DNA from: Scenedesmus sp. PABB004
Lineage: Eukaryota
Direction of reading: 5' to 3'
Length of the DNA stretch: 64,000 nucleotides
NCBI GenBank assembly: GCA_014905635.1
Contig: CM026548.1
Coordinates: forward strand, 620,001 to 684,000
Every line of letters begins with the position of its first letter. Within the stretch, counting starts at the first letter, position 1. Shown here piece after piece: positions 1 through 12,300 of the stretch. The notes beneath the pieces were generated by a model. That model searched no databases and was not told the DNA's origin. It saw nothing but the letters and a program-made list of their open reading frames with translations. Both the position numbers and the translations under genes were made by a program.

Positions 1-135
1 GGCGCGGAGGCTCGGCGGCCGCCCCACGGCAGCCCCGCAGCAGCGCTGGGGGGGGTGGGGCTGAGCCTGCGCTGGGGGCTTGAGCCTGCGCTGGGGGCTG
101 AGCCCCTGGGGCTCTCTCTAAACCCTGCCGCGCGC

Positions 136-775
136 CTTGAGCATCTGTATGAAGGAGACTGAGAGGTGGACGTACGCGGCGTTGCCGAGCCACAGCACGC
201 ACGCAAAGAGCGCCCCGATCGGCACGACGCACCTGCGGCGGTGCCAGCGGCGGCGCCGGCGGCGGTGGGCCCGCGAACGCGCGGGCCCCCCGGCGCGGGC
301 CCCCGTGCTGCGTGCCCCCAGGTGGGCCGCACCGCAGGTAGGTCTCGCTGGGCATGTCCGGCGCGTCGACGACGCCGCCGCGCACGAGCGCCGCGCTCGC
401 CGCCCAGCAGAAGGCCATGTGCAGCCCCGTGAGCGTGAGCGGGAAGGGGAAGCCGCCGAGGCGGGGGTCCAGGATGTACTTGTTCAACCTGGGGGAGTGG
501 AGCCGCCCCGGGCGACGCGGGCAAAGGGCGCGCGTCGGTTGCGTGCGTGCGGGCGGCCGGCGCGGCGCGGCGACAGGGAGCCAGCGCGCGCGGCGCCCAC
601 ATGATCACGCCCGCGCTGAGCACGATCCAGAGCGCCATACAGCTGCGGCGGCGCGCGCGGCGCGCGGGTGGGCGGCGGCAGCGGCGAACAGCGGCGAGCG
701 CCGCGCGGCCCCGCGCGCCGCGCACCCGTAGGCGGCCCCCACCGCCCGCGGCGCGGCGCCGGGGTCGCCCGCCAT
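136..775 (-). CDS. Triose-phosphate/nucleotide-sugar transporter family protein (5' part; gene continues off the left edge)
   Basis: Spliced exons read [17 protein letters not shown] / [11 protein letters not shown] / [27 protein letters not shown] / [31 protein letters not shown]. These match TPT-family motifs NKY, FPFPxxLT and [12 protein letters not shown] at 775-773. Confidence 0.85.
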
Positions 776-994
776 CGCTGCCAGGCCTCAAGCAGCAGCA
801 GCGGCGCTCGGCGCTGGGCGTCAAGCAGCGGCGTCGCGCCGCCGCGGCAGCAGCACGGTGGCCGCCGCTGCTGCCCGGGTTGCCCCCGAGCTCTCTGGCT
901 AGTCTCTGCGGGCCCCTCGCGTTCGCGCACGCCTGCTTGGACCCCTGAACCGCGGCTCGAAGAAACTTTTGCTCGGCGCGCGATCGCGGCCCGC

Positions 995-1004
995 CCTTTT
1001 TCCC
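995..1004 (+). promoter_or_regulatory. Putative 5' terminal oligopyrimidine (TOP-like) tract / TSS of RPS10
   Basis: ccctttttcc tract in otherwise very GC-rich DNA, just upstream of a GTGAGC donor (1024) of a probable 5'UTR intron. Typical of ribosomal protein genes. Confidence 0.45.
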
Positions 1005-1341
1005 GGACGCCCCGTCCGTATCGGTGAGCGCGCGGCGCTGCCCGCCGCGGCCATGCGCCGCCCCGCGCGCGCGGGCGCGGGCCATCGCCCCTCGCGGCCG
1101 CCGTCCGCGGGCGGGCCCGGGCGCCCCCGGCACCGCCTCCACCGGGAGCGTCCCGGGACCGCGGCCCACGGGCGCGCGGCGGGGCGCGGCGGGCGGCCGC
1201 CGCGGCGCGGCCGCAGCGCCGGCCGGCCGGCGGCTGCAGCGCTCCACGGCCGCCGCCGCCGCCGGCCGCCGGCACGCCGCAGGCCCACACCGGGAGTCGA
1301 GTTGGCCTCGAGCCGACGCGAAAGACTCCTACCCAGTCAGG

Positions 1342-2406
1342 ATGCTCATCCCCAAGAAGAACCGGCGGGAGGTGTACAAGTACCTCTTCAAGGGTGCGCG
1401 CGGCGCTGCACAGGCCGCGCGACCGGCTGCGCAGGCCGCGCGGCAGGGGCCGTGCCAGCGGCGGCACGGCAGCGGCGAGGCAGCGGCAGGGCGGGGCAGA
1501 GCGGGCGGCGGCGGCGGGGCCCCCTCGCGCCGCGGCACGAGAGCGGCCCGCTCCAGCAGCGCCGGGCCGCGCCGCCGCCTCACGCGACCCGCCTGCGCCC
1601 CGGTCCCCGCGGTCCCCGCGCAGAGGGCGTGCTCCAGGCTGAGAAGGACTTCAACCTGGAGAAGCACCCCGAGGTCGAGGTGCCCAACCTGCATGTCATC
1701 AAGCTCATGCAGTCCTTCAAGAGCAGGGAGCTCGTCACCGAGCGCTTCGCCTGGAGGCACTACTACTGGTGCGGCCGCTGCCGCCGCGGCAGCAGCCGCC
1801 GCGCGGGCGCGCGGGCGGGGAGGGGCGGGGAGGGCGAGGGCGTGCCCGCGGCGGCGGCGAGGCCGGCCGCGCGGCCGCCCCGCCCCGCCGCCCTCGTCGC
1901 CGCCGCCGCGGCCTCGTCTGCGCCGCCGCCGCCGCGACGAGCTCACGCGCCCGCCGCGCCGCCCGCCCGCCCCGCCGCCGCACTCAACACTCCAGGTTCC
2001 TGACCGACAAGGGCATCGAGTACCTGCGCGAGTACCTCAACCTGCCCGCCGACGTGGTGCCCGCGACGCTCAAGAAGTCCGCGCGCCCCGCGGGCGAGCG
2101 CCGCCCGCCGCTCGGCGGCGACCGCCCGCCGCGCGGCCCGCCGCGCGAGGGCGGCTTCGGCGGCCGGTGCGTGCGCGGCGCGCGGCCTCGCTGCGCAAGG
2201 CGGCCGCCGGGGCGCCGCTCGCGCGCGCTGCAGCGCCCGCTGACCGCGGCCGCGACCGCGCGCGCTGCCCGCCGCGCAGGGACGGCTACCGCAGCGGCCC
2301 GCGCGAGGGCGGCGGCTTCGGCCGCGGCGGCGACAAGGCCACCGCGCCCGGCGCCTACCAGCCCCAGTTTGGCGGCGGCGGCGGCTTTGGCCGCGGCAGC
2401 GCCTGA
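1342..2406 (+). CDS. RPS10: 40S ribosomal protein S10 (eS10), 4 coding exons
   Basis: [20 protein letters not shown]...[69 protein letters not shown], followed by an RGG-rich tail; TGA 2404-2406. Confidence 0.98.
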   Translation: MLIPKKNRREVYKYLFKGARGAAQAARPAAQAARQGPCQRRHGSGEAAAGRGRAGGGGGAPSRRGTRAARSSSAGPRRRLTRPACAPVPAVPAQRACSRLRRTSTWRSTPRSRCPTCMSSSSCSPSRAGSSSPSASPGGTTTGAAAAAAAAAAARARGRGGAGRARACPRRRRGRPRGRPAPPPSSPPPRPRLRRRRRDELTRPPRRPPAPPPHSTLQVPDRQGHRVPARVPQPARRRGARDAQEVRAPRGRAPPAARRRPPAARPAARGRLRRPVRARRAASLRKAAAGAPLARAAAPADRGRDRARCPPRRDGYRSGPREGGGFGRGGDKATAPGAYQPQFGGGGGFGRGSA

Positions 2407-2582
2407 GCGGCGCGCGCGCCGCCCGGCCTCCTCCCGGAGGCGGGCGGCGCCGCCGCGACGGCGGGGGGCGCGCGCCCGCCGGCCGGCCGGCCGCCGCAGT
2501 CGCGCCCGCGCGGGGGCGGCGGTGGCGGCGCGGTCGGCGCGCCGCCCCTGCAGGGAGAGGGCGTGCTCGGCGCTTGACGCAG

Positions 2583-2587
2583 TGTAA
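2583..2587 (+). terminator. Chlorophyte polyadenylation signal TGTAA (RPS10)
   Basis: TGTAA about 180 nt after the RPS10 stop. UGUAA is the established chlorophyte poly(A) signal. Confidence 0.75.
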
Positions 2588-2817
2588 CAGCTCCTCGCCC
2601 CCGTCCTTGCCGCGCGCGGGCGCGGGCGGCGGCGGCGGTGCAGCGCGGCGGTGCAGCGCAGCGGCGGCCACCGTCACGCCGGTGCAGCGCGGCACCCCGC
2701 GGTCCGCCCACAGCGCCGTAAGCCCCCCAGCGCGCCGCGCCACGCCGCGTCGGTTGGAGCAGACGCTGCGCCGATGGGCCGCGCCGCCTGAGCGGGCCTC
2801 GGGAGGCCGCCCGCGGG

Positions 2818-5457
2818 ATGGCGTCGCCGCAGGCGCCGTCATGGGTCACGGAGAGCGAGGCCACGAGCCTCCTCATACTGAACGGGTGCGCGCGGGAGCC
2901 GCGGCGCGTGCAGGGAGGCCGAGAGCGAGCCGGCATGCGGAGCCACGGGGGACCCCCCTGCCCGGCGCACGTACCGCGGGGGGCCAGGCCGCCAGCCAGG
3001 GATCCACAGTGCCGCTGCCGCTGCTGCCGCTGATGCTGGGATCCACCGCGGCACAACCAGCGGTTGCCCACGGGCGCCGCGCCGCTGCCGCCGCTGCCGC
3101 CGCCGCCGCGCGCCGTGCCGACCTGGCGCCGCCGCCGGCGCCGCCGCCGCTGCTCTCGCCGCAGCTTCCTGGTGTTCTTCATGCAGGCCGGCTTCATCGC
3201 GCTCGAGACGGGCAGCGGGCGCGCCAAGAACGTGCGCAACATCCTGCTGAAGAACCTGGTCGACGTCATGCTCGCCGCGCTCGCCTGGTGGGCCGTCGGC
3301 TACGCATTCGCCTACGGCACCAGCGCGGACGGCGTCATCGGGTGCGCGCGCGCGCTGCTGCGGGCCCGCGCCGCGCCGCGGCGCGGCGCCCCGAGCGCGG
3401 TGCACACGCGCCGCGCCGAGCCGCGCCCCACGCTCCCCCGACACACCCACCCACGCCACCCACCCACCCGCCCCCGCACACACACACACACACACACACA
3501 CCGGCGCAGCTACACCGGCTTCTTCTACGAGGGCGGCCCGCTCGGCGGCGGCGAGGCGCGGCCCTGGTTCCTGAGCTTCACGTTTGCCGCCGCGTGCGCG
3601 GTCATCCCGAGCGGCTGCCTCGCCGAGCGCACGCGTTTGCTCGTGTACCCCGCCTACACCGCCGCGCTGGCCGCGCTGGTGCACCCCGTGGTCGTGCACT
3701 GGGTCTGGGTCGACGGGAGCTGGCTCAACCGCCTCACCGCCTGCCGCGCGCTCGACTTTGCGGGCGGGCTCCCGGTGCACGCGCTCGGTGCGGCGCGCCG
3801 CGCCGCGCAACGGCATGTGCGCTCCGGCCGCCGCGCCGCGGCGCTCACGCTGCCGCCGCGCACGCGCCGCGCACCGCCGTATCAGGCGGGCTGTTTGGTC
3901 TCATCGGCGCGCTCGCGGTCGGGCCACGCCTCGGACGCTTTGACGACGGCGCCGCGAAGGACCTGCCGGGGCACGACATGGCGTTTGTGGCGCTGGGCAC
4001 GTTCATGCTCTGGTTCGGGTGGTACGGCTTCAACAGCGGCTCAGTGTGCGTGCGCCCGCCGCGCGCGCCGCCGCGCCGCCCCCGCGCACGCAAGCACCCC
4101 CCCCCCCCGCTCACGCCGCCGCCGCCGCCGTGTGCGCGTCGCAACGCGCGCGCAGCTATGTTTACGCGCCGACCGCGCCCGTGGCGGCGGTGCAGCTGGT
4201 CGCGATGAACACCACACTCGCCGCGAGCAGCGCCGGCCTCGCCGCGCTGCTCGTCACGTGCCGCTGGTCGGGTGCGCGCTGGCGCAGGGGCCGCGCGGCC
4301 CGCGGCCGCGCACTCGCCGCACGAGCGCGCCGGTCCACCACGCGCCGCCGCCCACCACGCGCCGCCGGCGCCGCCGCGCGGCGGGGCAGGCACGTACGAC
4401 CTGCGCGTGTGCTGCAACGGCGTGCTGAGCGGGCTGGTCATCGTGACCGGCATCTGCGGCTTCGTCGACCCCTGGGCCGCCACGGTGTGCGGCACGGTCG
4501 CTGGCATCATCTACCCACTCTGCAGCCGCTGCCTGGTGCGCGCGCCGCGCGTCGCCGCCGCGCCGCGCCGCGCCGCGCCGCGCCGCGCCGTGCTGCATGC
4601 TGCTGCTGCGCGCCAGCGGCCACGCCGGCCGCGTCGCGCCGCCCGCGACGCGCCGCGCTGCGGCGCCGCCGCCGTGCGTCCGCAGCTGCGGCTGGGCGTG
4701 GACGACCCTCTGGACTCGGCGGCGGTGCACCTCGTCAACGGCCTGCTCGGGCCGCTGCTGCTCGGCCTGCTGGCCAAGCCGTCGCACGTGGCGCTGCTCA
4801 CGGGCAGCGCCTGCGGCGGCGTCTTCTACACGCGCTCCGGCTGGCTCCAGCTCGGCGTGCAGGCCCTGGGTGCGCGCCGCGCCGCGCCGCGTCTCGCAGG
4901 CCGCCCGCTCCCCGTCGCCCCCGCCGCGCCGCGCCGCGCCGCGCCGCGCCGCGCCGCGGCCCCACCCGCCGCGCCGCGCCGCGCCGCCGCAGCCATCGCG
5001 CTGACGCTCGCGCTCGGCGGCGCCGCCGCGGCGTGCGTGTTTGGCGCGCTGCGCCGGCTCAACCTGCTACGTATCGACCAGGTCACCGAGGTACGCCGCG
5101 CGCCGCTCGCGGCGACGGCTGCGGCCGCGGGCCGGCGGGGGCCCACTTGGCCGCCTGGCCAGCGGATCACCGCCGCGCCCCCGCCCCCGCCCGCACCTGC
5201 GCCCTCCGCCGCCGCCTGCGCCTGCGCCCTCCGCCGCCGCCCGCGCCTGCGCCCTCCGCCGCCGCCCGGTGCCCGGCACCCGCGCGCACCCTCTCACCCG
5301 CCGCCCGCGTGCGCCTTCCGCTCACACGCCGCCGCGCGCCCTCCGCCGCGTGCGTGCGCCGCAGCTGGCCGGCATCGACAACATTGAGCACGGCGGCCCC
5401 GCCTACGACCGCGAGGGCGCGGGGCGGGGCGGCGGGGCCAACGGCTTTGCGCGGTGA
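2818..5457 (+). CDS. AMT: Ammonium transporter (AMT1-like), 9 exons
   Basis: [92 protein letters not shown]. Both pore His residues present; all introns GT-AG. Confidence 0.96.
3476..3501. repeat. (CA)n microsatellite in AMT intron
   Basis: cacacacaca... run. Confidence 0.9.
5196..5268. repeat. ~25-bp tandem repeat x3 in last AMT intron
   Basis: cctgcgccctccgccgccgc core repeated three times. Confidence 0.75.
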
Positions 5458-6133
5458 CGTCGCCGCGCGCGCGCGCGCGCGCGCACACACGCACCGGCGC
5501 GTCGCAGCCGCCCGGCAGCACCCACGAGCCCTGCCCGGGTGCTTTCTTTCGTCTGCGGGCGCCTAGCCTTTGTGCGTGTGCGCGCGTGTGCGGCAGCGTC
5601 CCAGCGGGCGCGGGCCTAGCGCCCCGTCCCCCCGACCTCGCGCCCGGCGCGGCGGTGTGAACCGTGCGTTGTTTGATCGGCGGCAGGGGCGTCGGGCTTT
5701 TTTGGTTGCGGGACCCCCCTGTGTGCACGTAGCGGCGGCGCGCGTTTGCCCCCCGGTGCCGCAGCGCGCTCAAACCGTGGGCGTTGCACCCGCTGGGTCG
5801 CGGCACGGAGGGGGAGGTGGGATCGGTGTTGGCAGGGGTGCCCGGCTGCCTTGGCTCCGCGCGCAGTCAGGCCGCGGGGCCTGCGCGAGGCGGCGGGGGC
5901 TTGCCGCGCCTGCGGCGAGCTCGGCATGACATTTCTTTTGTTGAGGAGGATCGCCCTGCTGACGACCGCCGCACTGCAGAGGCTCTGCTGCGGCACCTGA
6001 GCTGCCGCGCACTTGATGGTTCCGCCTCCCGGTGGGGGTTGACCAGTGAAACCCCAGTGCACCCCGACGGCGCGCCCTCGCAGAGCCGCGTGTCGCAGCG
6101 GCTCGACGCGACGAGGCTCACTCAGACTCAGAT

Positions 6134-8781
6134 TCACTCAGACTCGCTCGAGTCGCTGCCAGGCTCGTGCAGCAGCAGCGTCGTCCACCCGGCCGCCGCC
6201 AGCCCGTCGACCCAGAGCTGCGCCGCCGGGAGCAGCCGCGCCGGCGCGCTGCTGGTGTGCCAGGCGCCCAGGCCGAGCGGGCCCTGGCCTGCGGCCGCCA
6301 GGGCGACCGGCGCGCCACGCTCCCGGCAGACCGCCAGCTGGGCCGCCACACCAGAGGGCAGCGTCGCGCCACGCTGGCTGCCGCGCAGCTCGGCGCTCAG
6401 CGGCTGCCCTCCCTGCTGCGCAGCGACGCCCGGCGCCGCAGCCGTGCCACGGACAGCCGCGCCGCCGGCCTGCGGCGCTGGCAGCACTGCGGCCGGCAGC
6501 AATATGGCGCTGTCCGGCAGCGCGACACCAAAGGCCACCTCGGCGCCCGGCACCTGCCGCCGCACCGCCGCGGCGGCCGCCTGCAGCAGCGCGCGGCTGC
6601 CGTCGCCGCCGTCCTGCTGCGCCGCCAGGTCCCGCTGGCGCTGCGCAGCGAGGTGCGCAGCCACGAGCCCCTCGGGCAGGCCGAGCCGCCAGTCGGGCTG
6701 CGCCGGCTGGCCGCCGCCCCCACTCCCTGCCCTGTCGCGCTGCTCCGCCAGCCACAGCAGCTGCATGAGCCACGCCAGCTCGCGCCCGCCCAACGCCGCC
6801 AGCTGCTGCGCGTCGGCGGCGCCGGCCAGGCGAGCGCGCACCGCGCGCAGCACCTCCCGCTGCGGGTCGCCGGCCGCGCTGCCCGTCGCCAGGCCGTCCG
6901 GCCGCTCGGCCGCCAGCAGCGCCAGCGCCACCGCGAGCCGAACGAGGTTGCGGCACGCGCACCCCGCGCCGGCCTGCAGCGCCGCAGCGGCGACCGCGGC
7001 AACCGCCTCACTGCCAAGCGCGCGCTCGGCCGCCGTGCCGCCCGCCGGCGGCAGGCTGCACAGCTCGAGGGCGGCCTCCGCCAGGGCCGGCAGCTCCGCC
7101 CGCGCCTGCTCCCCGGGCGGCCGCGCCGCGAGCTCACGCAGCCGCGCCGCGGCCGCGAGCTGCAGCGCCGGCTGGGCGAAGCGCGCCGCCGCAAACCCGC
7201 GCAGCGCAGCTGCGAGCTCGCCCGCGCGCCAGCCAGGCGCGAGTGCCTCGGCCGCAACGGCGCCGAGGTGGCCGAGCAGCAGCGTGTTGTGGTACCGCAG
7301 CGCGCAGCACGCCTGCAGCACGTCCCCGAGCTGCGCGCCGGTCAGCGCGGCCGCCTTGCGCAGCTGCCGGCTCACGAGCACCTTTGCCGCGCGCTCAAGC
7401 AGCCAGGGGTTGCGATAACGCAGCAGGCCGCACGCCGCCAGCGCCGCGGCGACCTCGCCGGCGCTGAAGTTGGCCAGCTTGTTGTGCACCGCCCTGCGGC
7501 CAAGGCGGGGCACACACGCCTCGCGCACGGCGACGGCGCAGCGGCCGCGGCGGCCGCGGCGGCCGCGCCTGCCCCCTGCCCCCCCCCCCCCCCCGCCCCC
7601 TCGGCCAGAGCCCAGCCCACCTGGCCAGGTCATCCAGCAGCAGCATGTCTCGGCTGCCCAGCGCCGCGAGCGCCGCGAGCAGCGCCGTCAGCTGCACCGG
7701 CCGCATCGCCGGCAGGCGCTGCCGCGTCGCCTTGCGCAGCGCGGCCAGCAGTGGCGGCGCGTCCAGGCCAGCGCCCGCGCACTGCGCGTACGCGTGCGCC
7801 AGGCCCTGGCAGTCCAGCATGCCCACCTGCGTCGCCGCGCGCTGCGTGAGCAGCAGCTGCGCCGGCGGGTCCGCGTGCCCCACGCGACCAAACGCCCAGA
7901 GCAGCAGCATCGACTCCTCCGGCCCGAGCAGCGCCAGCACGCGGCGCTGGCGCTTCAGCAGCTCCGCGAGCGCGCGGAACAGCTGCGGCGGGTGCAGGCG
8001 CAGCGCCGCAAATCCGCCCGCCAGCAGCGCGAGCGCGCGCCCGTGCGCGCGGCGGCTGGGCGCCAGCAGACCGCCCTGCCGCAGCAGCGCGGCGCCTGCG
8101 GGCGGCGGCCGTGCGGCGCGGCGCGGGTTGGCGGCTGCGTCGGGGTGCGCCGCATGCACCGGGGTGGCTGCGCCGGGGCGCGCACGAGCAGATGGGGGCC
8201 GCCTCCCCCTCCTCACCCGACACCGCGAGCTGCGTCATAAGCCCCGCGTGCAGCACGCCCAGGCGCGCGAAGCTCGCGCCCAGCTGCGCGCAGCAGCGCA
8301 GCCGCGCGAGCGCCGCGACGCGGTCGCCCGGCGGCGGCGCGGCCGCGAGGTGCGCCGCCGCCGCGTCGCCGAGCTGCGCGAGGGCGGGCTCGCGCGCGTG
8401 CCCCGCCGCCGCGAGCGCCGCCGCGAGGCCGGTGAGGCCGGGCAGGTCCAGCGCCGCCAGCACCGGCGCGCCGGCCTCCAGCGCCGCGTCGAGCGCGGGC
8501 ACGCTGTACGGCCACACCCGCGCGAGGCTGGCGGGGCCGTCGGCGAGGCCCGTCGTCGGCGAGAAGCGCGCCAGCGCGAGCAGCGGCGCCACCACCGCGG
8601 CGGCGGAGGCGTCGGCCGCGTCAGCTGCCGCCGGGGCATCCACAGCCGCAGCAGCGCCGCGCCGCCGTGGCGGCCCCGGCGGCGCCGGCCGCGCCGCGCG
8701 CCGAGCAGCAGCAGCGACGGCAGCGGGCGGCCGCGCAGCAGCAGCTGCTGCGCGCCGCGCAGCTGGCCGCGCGCACGGCAT
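6134..8781 (-). CDS. Organelle-targeted alpha-helical repeat protein (OPR/FAST-like repeats, degenerate C-terminal RAP-like domain), 3 exons
   Basis: Arg/Ala-rich N-terminus; repeats such as LLLWAFGRVGH, CQGLAHAYAQCA, FSAGEVAAALAACGLLRY and GELAAALRGFAAARF; C-terminal HTSSAPARLL...LAAAGWTTLLLHE resembles RAP. Introns at about 8096-8216 and 7495-7620. Confidence 0.7.
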
Positions 8782-9264
8782 GCGGGCGTCAGGTTCGGGC
8801 GGCTGCGACGCGGCGGCGCCAGCGGGCAGGCATCGCGCCGGCCGCCCCGCACGAGCGCCGCCGCTGCTGCTGCTCCGCCGCCGCCGGTGCAGTCAGGCGG
8901 CGAAACCACGACAGCCGGTGCTCAGCGCTTGGCGCTTGTCGAACGCGGGAGGGTCTGCGCGGCGACTGGCAGCGCGGCGGCGAGGGGTGCAGCCGCGCGA
9001 CGCCGCTGCGCCCGCCCGGCTGCCTCCGCGCTGTGCCCCGCCGAGGCTCTCCGTCACGCACAACATCCTGTCACGGCCGACTGACGCGCTGCGGCGAGCC
9101 CTCGGCCGCTCCCGGCGAGCCCTCGACCGCTCCCGCCGAAAGTCAGCGCTGCCGCACGCCCGCCGCCGCGCCGCGAGGGCGCCCGGGCAGCGGCCAGCTT
9201 CTGGTCTGCTGGGCGAGCACACCGCGCCTGGCCGAGCGGCAGCCAGACTGCGCGCGCCGCGGCA

Positions 9265-9378
9265 CGATGGCGTGAGCAGCGGCGGCCGCGCGCCGCGGCG
9301 CGATGGGGGCGTGAGCAGCGGCGGCCGCGCGCCGCGGCGCGATGGGGGCGTGAGCAGCGGAGGCCGCGCGCCGCGATG
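9265..9378 (+). repeat. ~39-bp tandem repeat x3 upstream of FAP74 ATG
   Basis: cgatgggggcgtgagcagcggcggccgcgcgccgcggcg units with ATGs at 9267, 9303, 9342; ends at ATG 9376. Confidence 0.9.
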
Positions 9379-12300
9379 GCGGGGCCTGACTTCGGCTGCC
9401 AGCTGCCGGCGCTGCACGCGCACCGCGCGCTGAGCGCCGGCAGCCCGCAGCCCGGGCAGCGCGCGCACGGCGCTGGCAGCCCGACCTCCGGCGGCGCGCG
9501 CGCGCGCAGCGCGGGCGCGGCGGCCGGGCTGACCGTCGCGCAGTTTGCGGGCGCGAGCGCCGAGGAGCTCCGCGCGCGCGTGCAGCTCACGGACGGCGCG
9601 GTGGGCGCGTGCCGGGCCGCGCACGCCGCCACGGCGCGCGACGCCGGGCGCTGCGCGGAGCGCATCGCGCAGCTGGGTGCGCACGTGCGGTCGCTGGAGG
9701 CGGAGGAGGCGGCGCTGGCGGCGCGCGTGCCGCTGCCGGTGAATCGCCTCGTGCGCGTGCGTGGCTGGCTCGATGAGCGCCGGCGCGAGCTGGCAGAGGA
9801 GGCGGCCGCGCTGGAGGGCCGCCAGGCGGTGCGTGCGCAGCGCGCTGCCAGGGCTGGCCCGCGGGCCAGCGCGTGCGGCGCGCACACCGCGTGCACAGCA
9901 TGCACAGCACGCACCGTTCGCCCGCAGGCGCTGCTCAAGGCCGAGTCGGCGCTGCGTGGGCGCGAGACCGAGGCCGAGCTGCTGGCTGAGGCGGCGGGCG
10001 GCCTCGACTCGGCTGCCGCGCGGGAGGCCGCGGCGGCGGTCAGGGCCGCGGCGGCCGCGCACGCGCGCGAGGAGGCGGCGGCGCGCGACCAGCTGCGCGC
10101 GCTGCGCGTGGAGGCGCGCCGCGGGCGCGCGCACGACGCGGCGCAGCAGGCGGCCGCGGCGGAGCGCGCCGCCGCCGCGGCGGCGGGCCAGGCGGGCGCG
10201 CGGGCGCGCCTCGCGGCCAGCCAGGCGGCCATCCGCGCGGCCGGCGCGGCGCTCGCCGAGGCGGCCGGCGAGGAGCAGGCGCGGCGGCGCGGCGCGGTGC
10301 TGGCGCTCAAGGGGCGCATCGACGAGGTGCGGGAGAGCATCGCCCAGCGCGCGCAGCGCGCCAGGTGAGCCGCGGCGCTCACGCAACCAGCTGGGGCAGA
10401 CGGCGCGGCGCGCCCCGCCCGGCAGCGCGCCCGAGCCGCGGCCGGCGGCCGGCCGGCGTGGCGCGCAGGGCGCTCGCGAAGCAGAAGCGCGAGGCCGAGG
10501 CGGCCGAGTTTGACGCGCTGCTTGAGGCGGGGCGCAACCCGTACGAGGTGTTTGCGGCGCGGGACGCGGCGGCGGCCGACGCGCGTGCTGCGGCGGCGCT
10601 CGCGGCGCAGCAGGCGCAGGTGCGGGGGCGCCGGGCGCGGCGCTGGGCGCCAGGCGGCGCTGCGCTGCTGCGGTCGCCTGGCCGCTCACGGCGGGGGCGC
10701 CGCCTCCGCTGGCAGCGCCTGGAGGCCATCGCGGCGCGGCTGGCGGACGAGGAGCGCGAGCGGCGGCGGCGCCTCGCGCGCGCCGAGTATGATCGCCAGG
10801 CGCGCACGCGCAGCGCGCGCGCGCGCGGCCGTTGCCGCCCTTACGGCCGGTCGCTGCAAGCCCGCCGTGTGACGGCGATGCGCGTGCGCAGGTGGAGGCT
10901 GAGTACCAGGCCAATATGGGCATCGCCGCGCAGCAGGCGCGCACCGACGCCTACATGCGCTCCCACACGCTGAGCGGCCAGGCGCTGCTGGACCCCACGC
11001 GCCGCGGCGCGCCGCACCCGAGCGAGGCGGTCGCGGTCAAGCCGGTGGGCTTTGGCCTCGGCCGCCCGAGCGCCGCGGAGGTCGCGTTCGTTGCCTCGCG
11101 GCAACAGGGCGGCCGCGACCTGGCGGGCGAGCTCGCGAGCAGCGCGCTGCTGCCGACCGCGCTGCGGTGCGCCAGCCGGGCCGGCGCGCGCACAACGACG
11201 TTGCACGGCCGCGTGCGCGCGCAGCGCGGTGGCGCTGACCTCGTCGCACCCCTGGCGCCCGCCGCAGGGAGGAGCTGGCTGCGCGGCAGCAGCAGCAGCC
11301 GTCCAAACTGCTGGCAGCGTGCGGCGGTGGTGACGCTGGCGGCAGCAGCCCGGGCAGCCCCGGCGGCGGTGGTGGCAGCTGCAGCGGCAGCGCCAACGAC
11401 GAGGCGGGTGGCAGCGGCGGCGGCGGCGGCGGCCGCAGTGACATGGCTGGGAGCCGGGGGCCGCTGCCGGTGGCCAAGCTCAGCAAGTTTGAGGCGGACC
11501 GGCTGGCAGCGGCCAAGCAGCGGCACAAGGAACGGCTCACGGCGCCCAAGGTTTGCCACAGACCTTGGCGGCCCAGATATTCGCGCCTGTGGCGCGCGGC
11601 CGCTGCCCGCTTACGGGCGCGCCGGCCGCCCACGCGCCGCGGCCGCCCACGCGCGCCGCCGCCGGCCGGCGCCTGCCTCTGCGCGCGCGCACAGGGCGCC
11701 CACGGGCGCACGCACTGTGGTGACGCCTTCATTGCGGCGCCGCGCGAGCTCCTGTTTCGTGACTTTTGCCCCGGCACGCGCTACACCGCGGCCGTGCAGC
11801 TCATCAACCGCTGGCCGACCAGGTCCGCGGTGCGCCTCGCCGAGCCGCCGCCCGAGGTGAGAGCCGCGCGCCGCCGGCGGCGCCTGCGCGACGCCGATGG
11901 CCGGGGAGGAGCTAGCTCCTCCCCGGCCCAACGCGCCGCAGCGCTGCGGCGCGTTGGGCGCGGCTGAGGCCTGCGCACGGCCGTGTGCTTGCGGGCCGTT
12001 GCGCGCACGGGTTACCTCGCAGATCGCTGACGTGCTGGAGCTGGACATGCCGCCGAGCGGTGCGCTCGCGCCGGGCGCGGCCGCCACGCTGCGCGTCACC
12101 TTCACGCCCAAGGTCTGCGCTCGGCTCGCGCCCGCGGCCGGGGCGGTGCTGCACGCCGCGCCGTGCAGCCGTGCCGCCCCGGCAGCGCGGGGCCGATCCC
12201 GCCCCGCGCCGCCCCCCGGCACAGGCGGAGGTCGACCTGGCCGCGTCCATCCCACTGCTCTCAGAGAGTGGCCCGCTCGCGCTGCCGGTTCGCTGCCTCG

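Noticed and set aside
9265..9378. CRISPR-like array
   Set aside because: Units are contiguous with no unique spacers; eukaryotic context with no cas genes.
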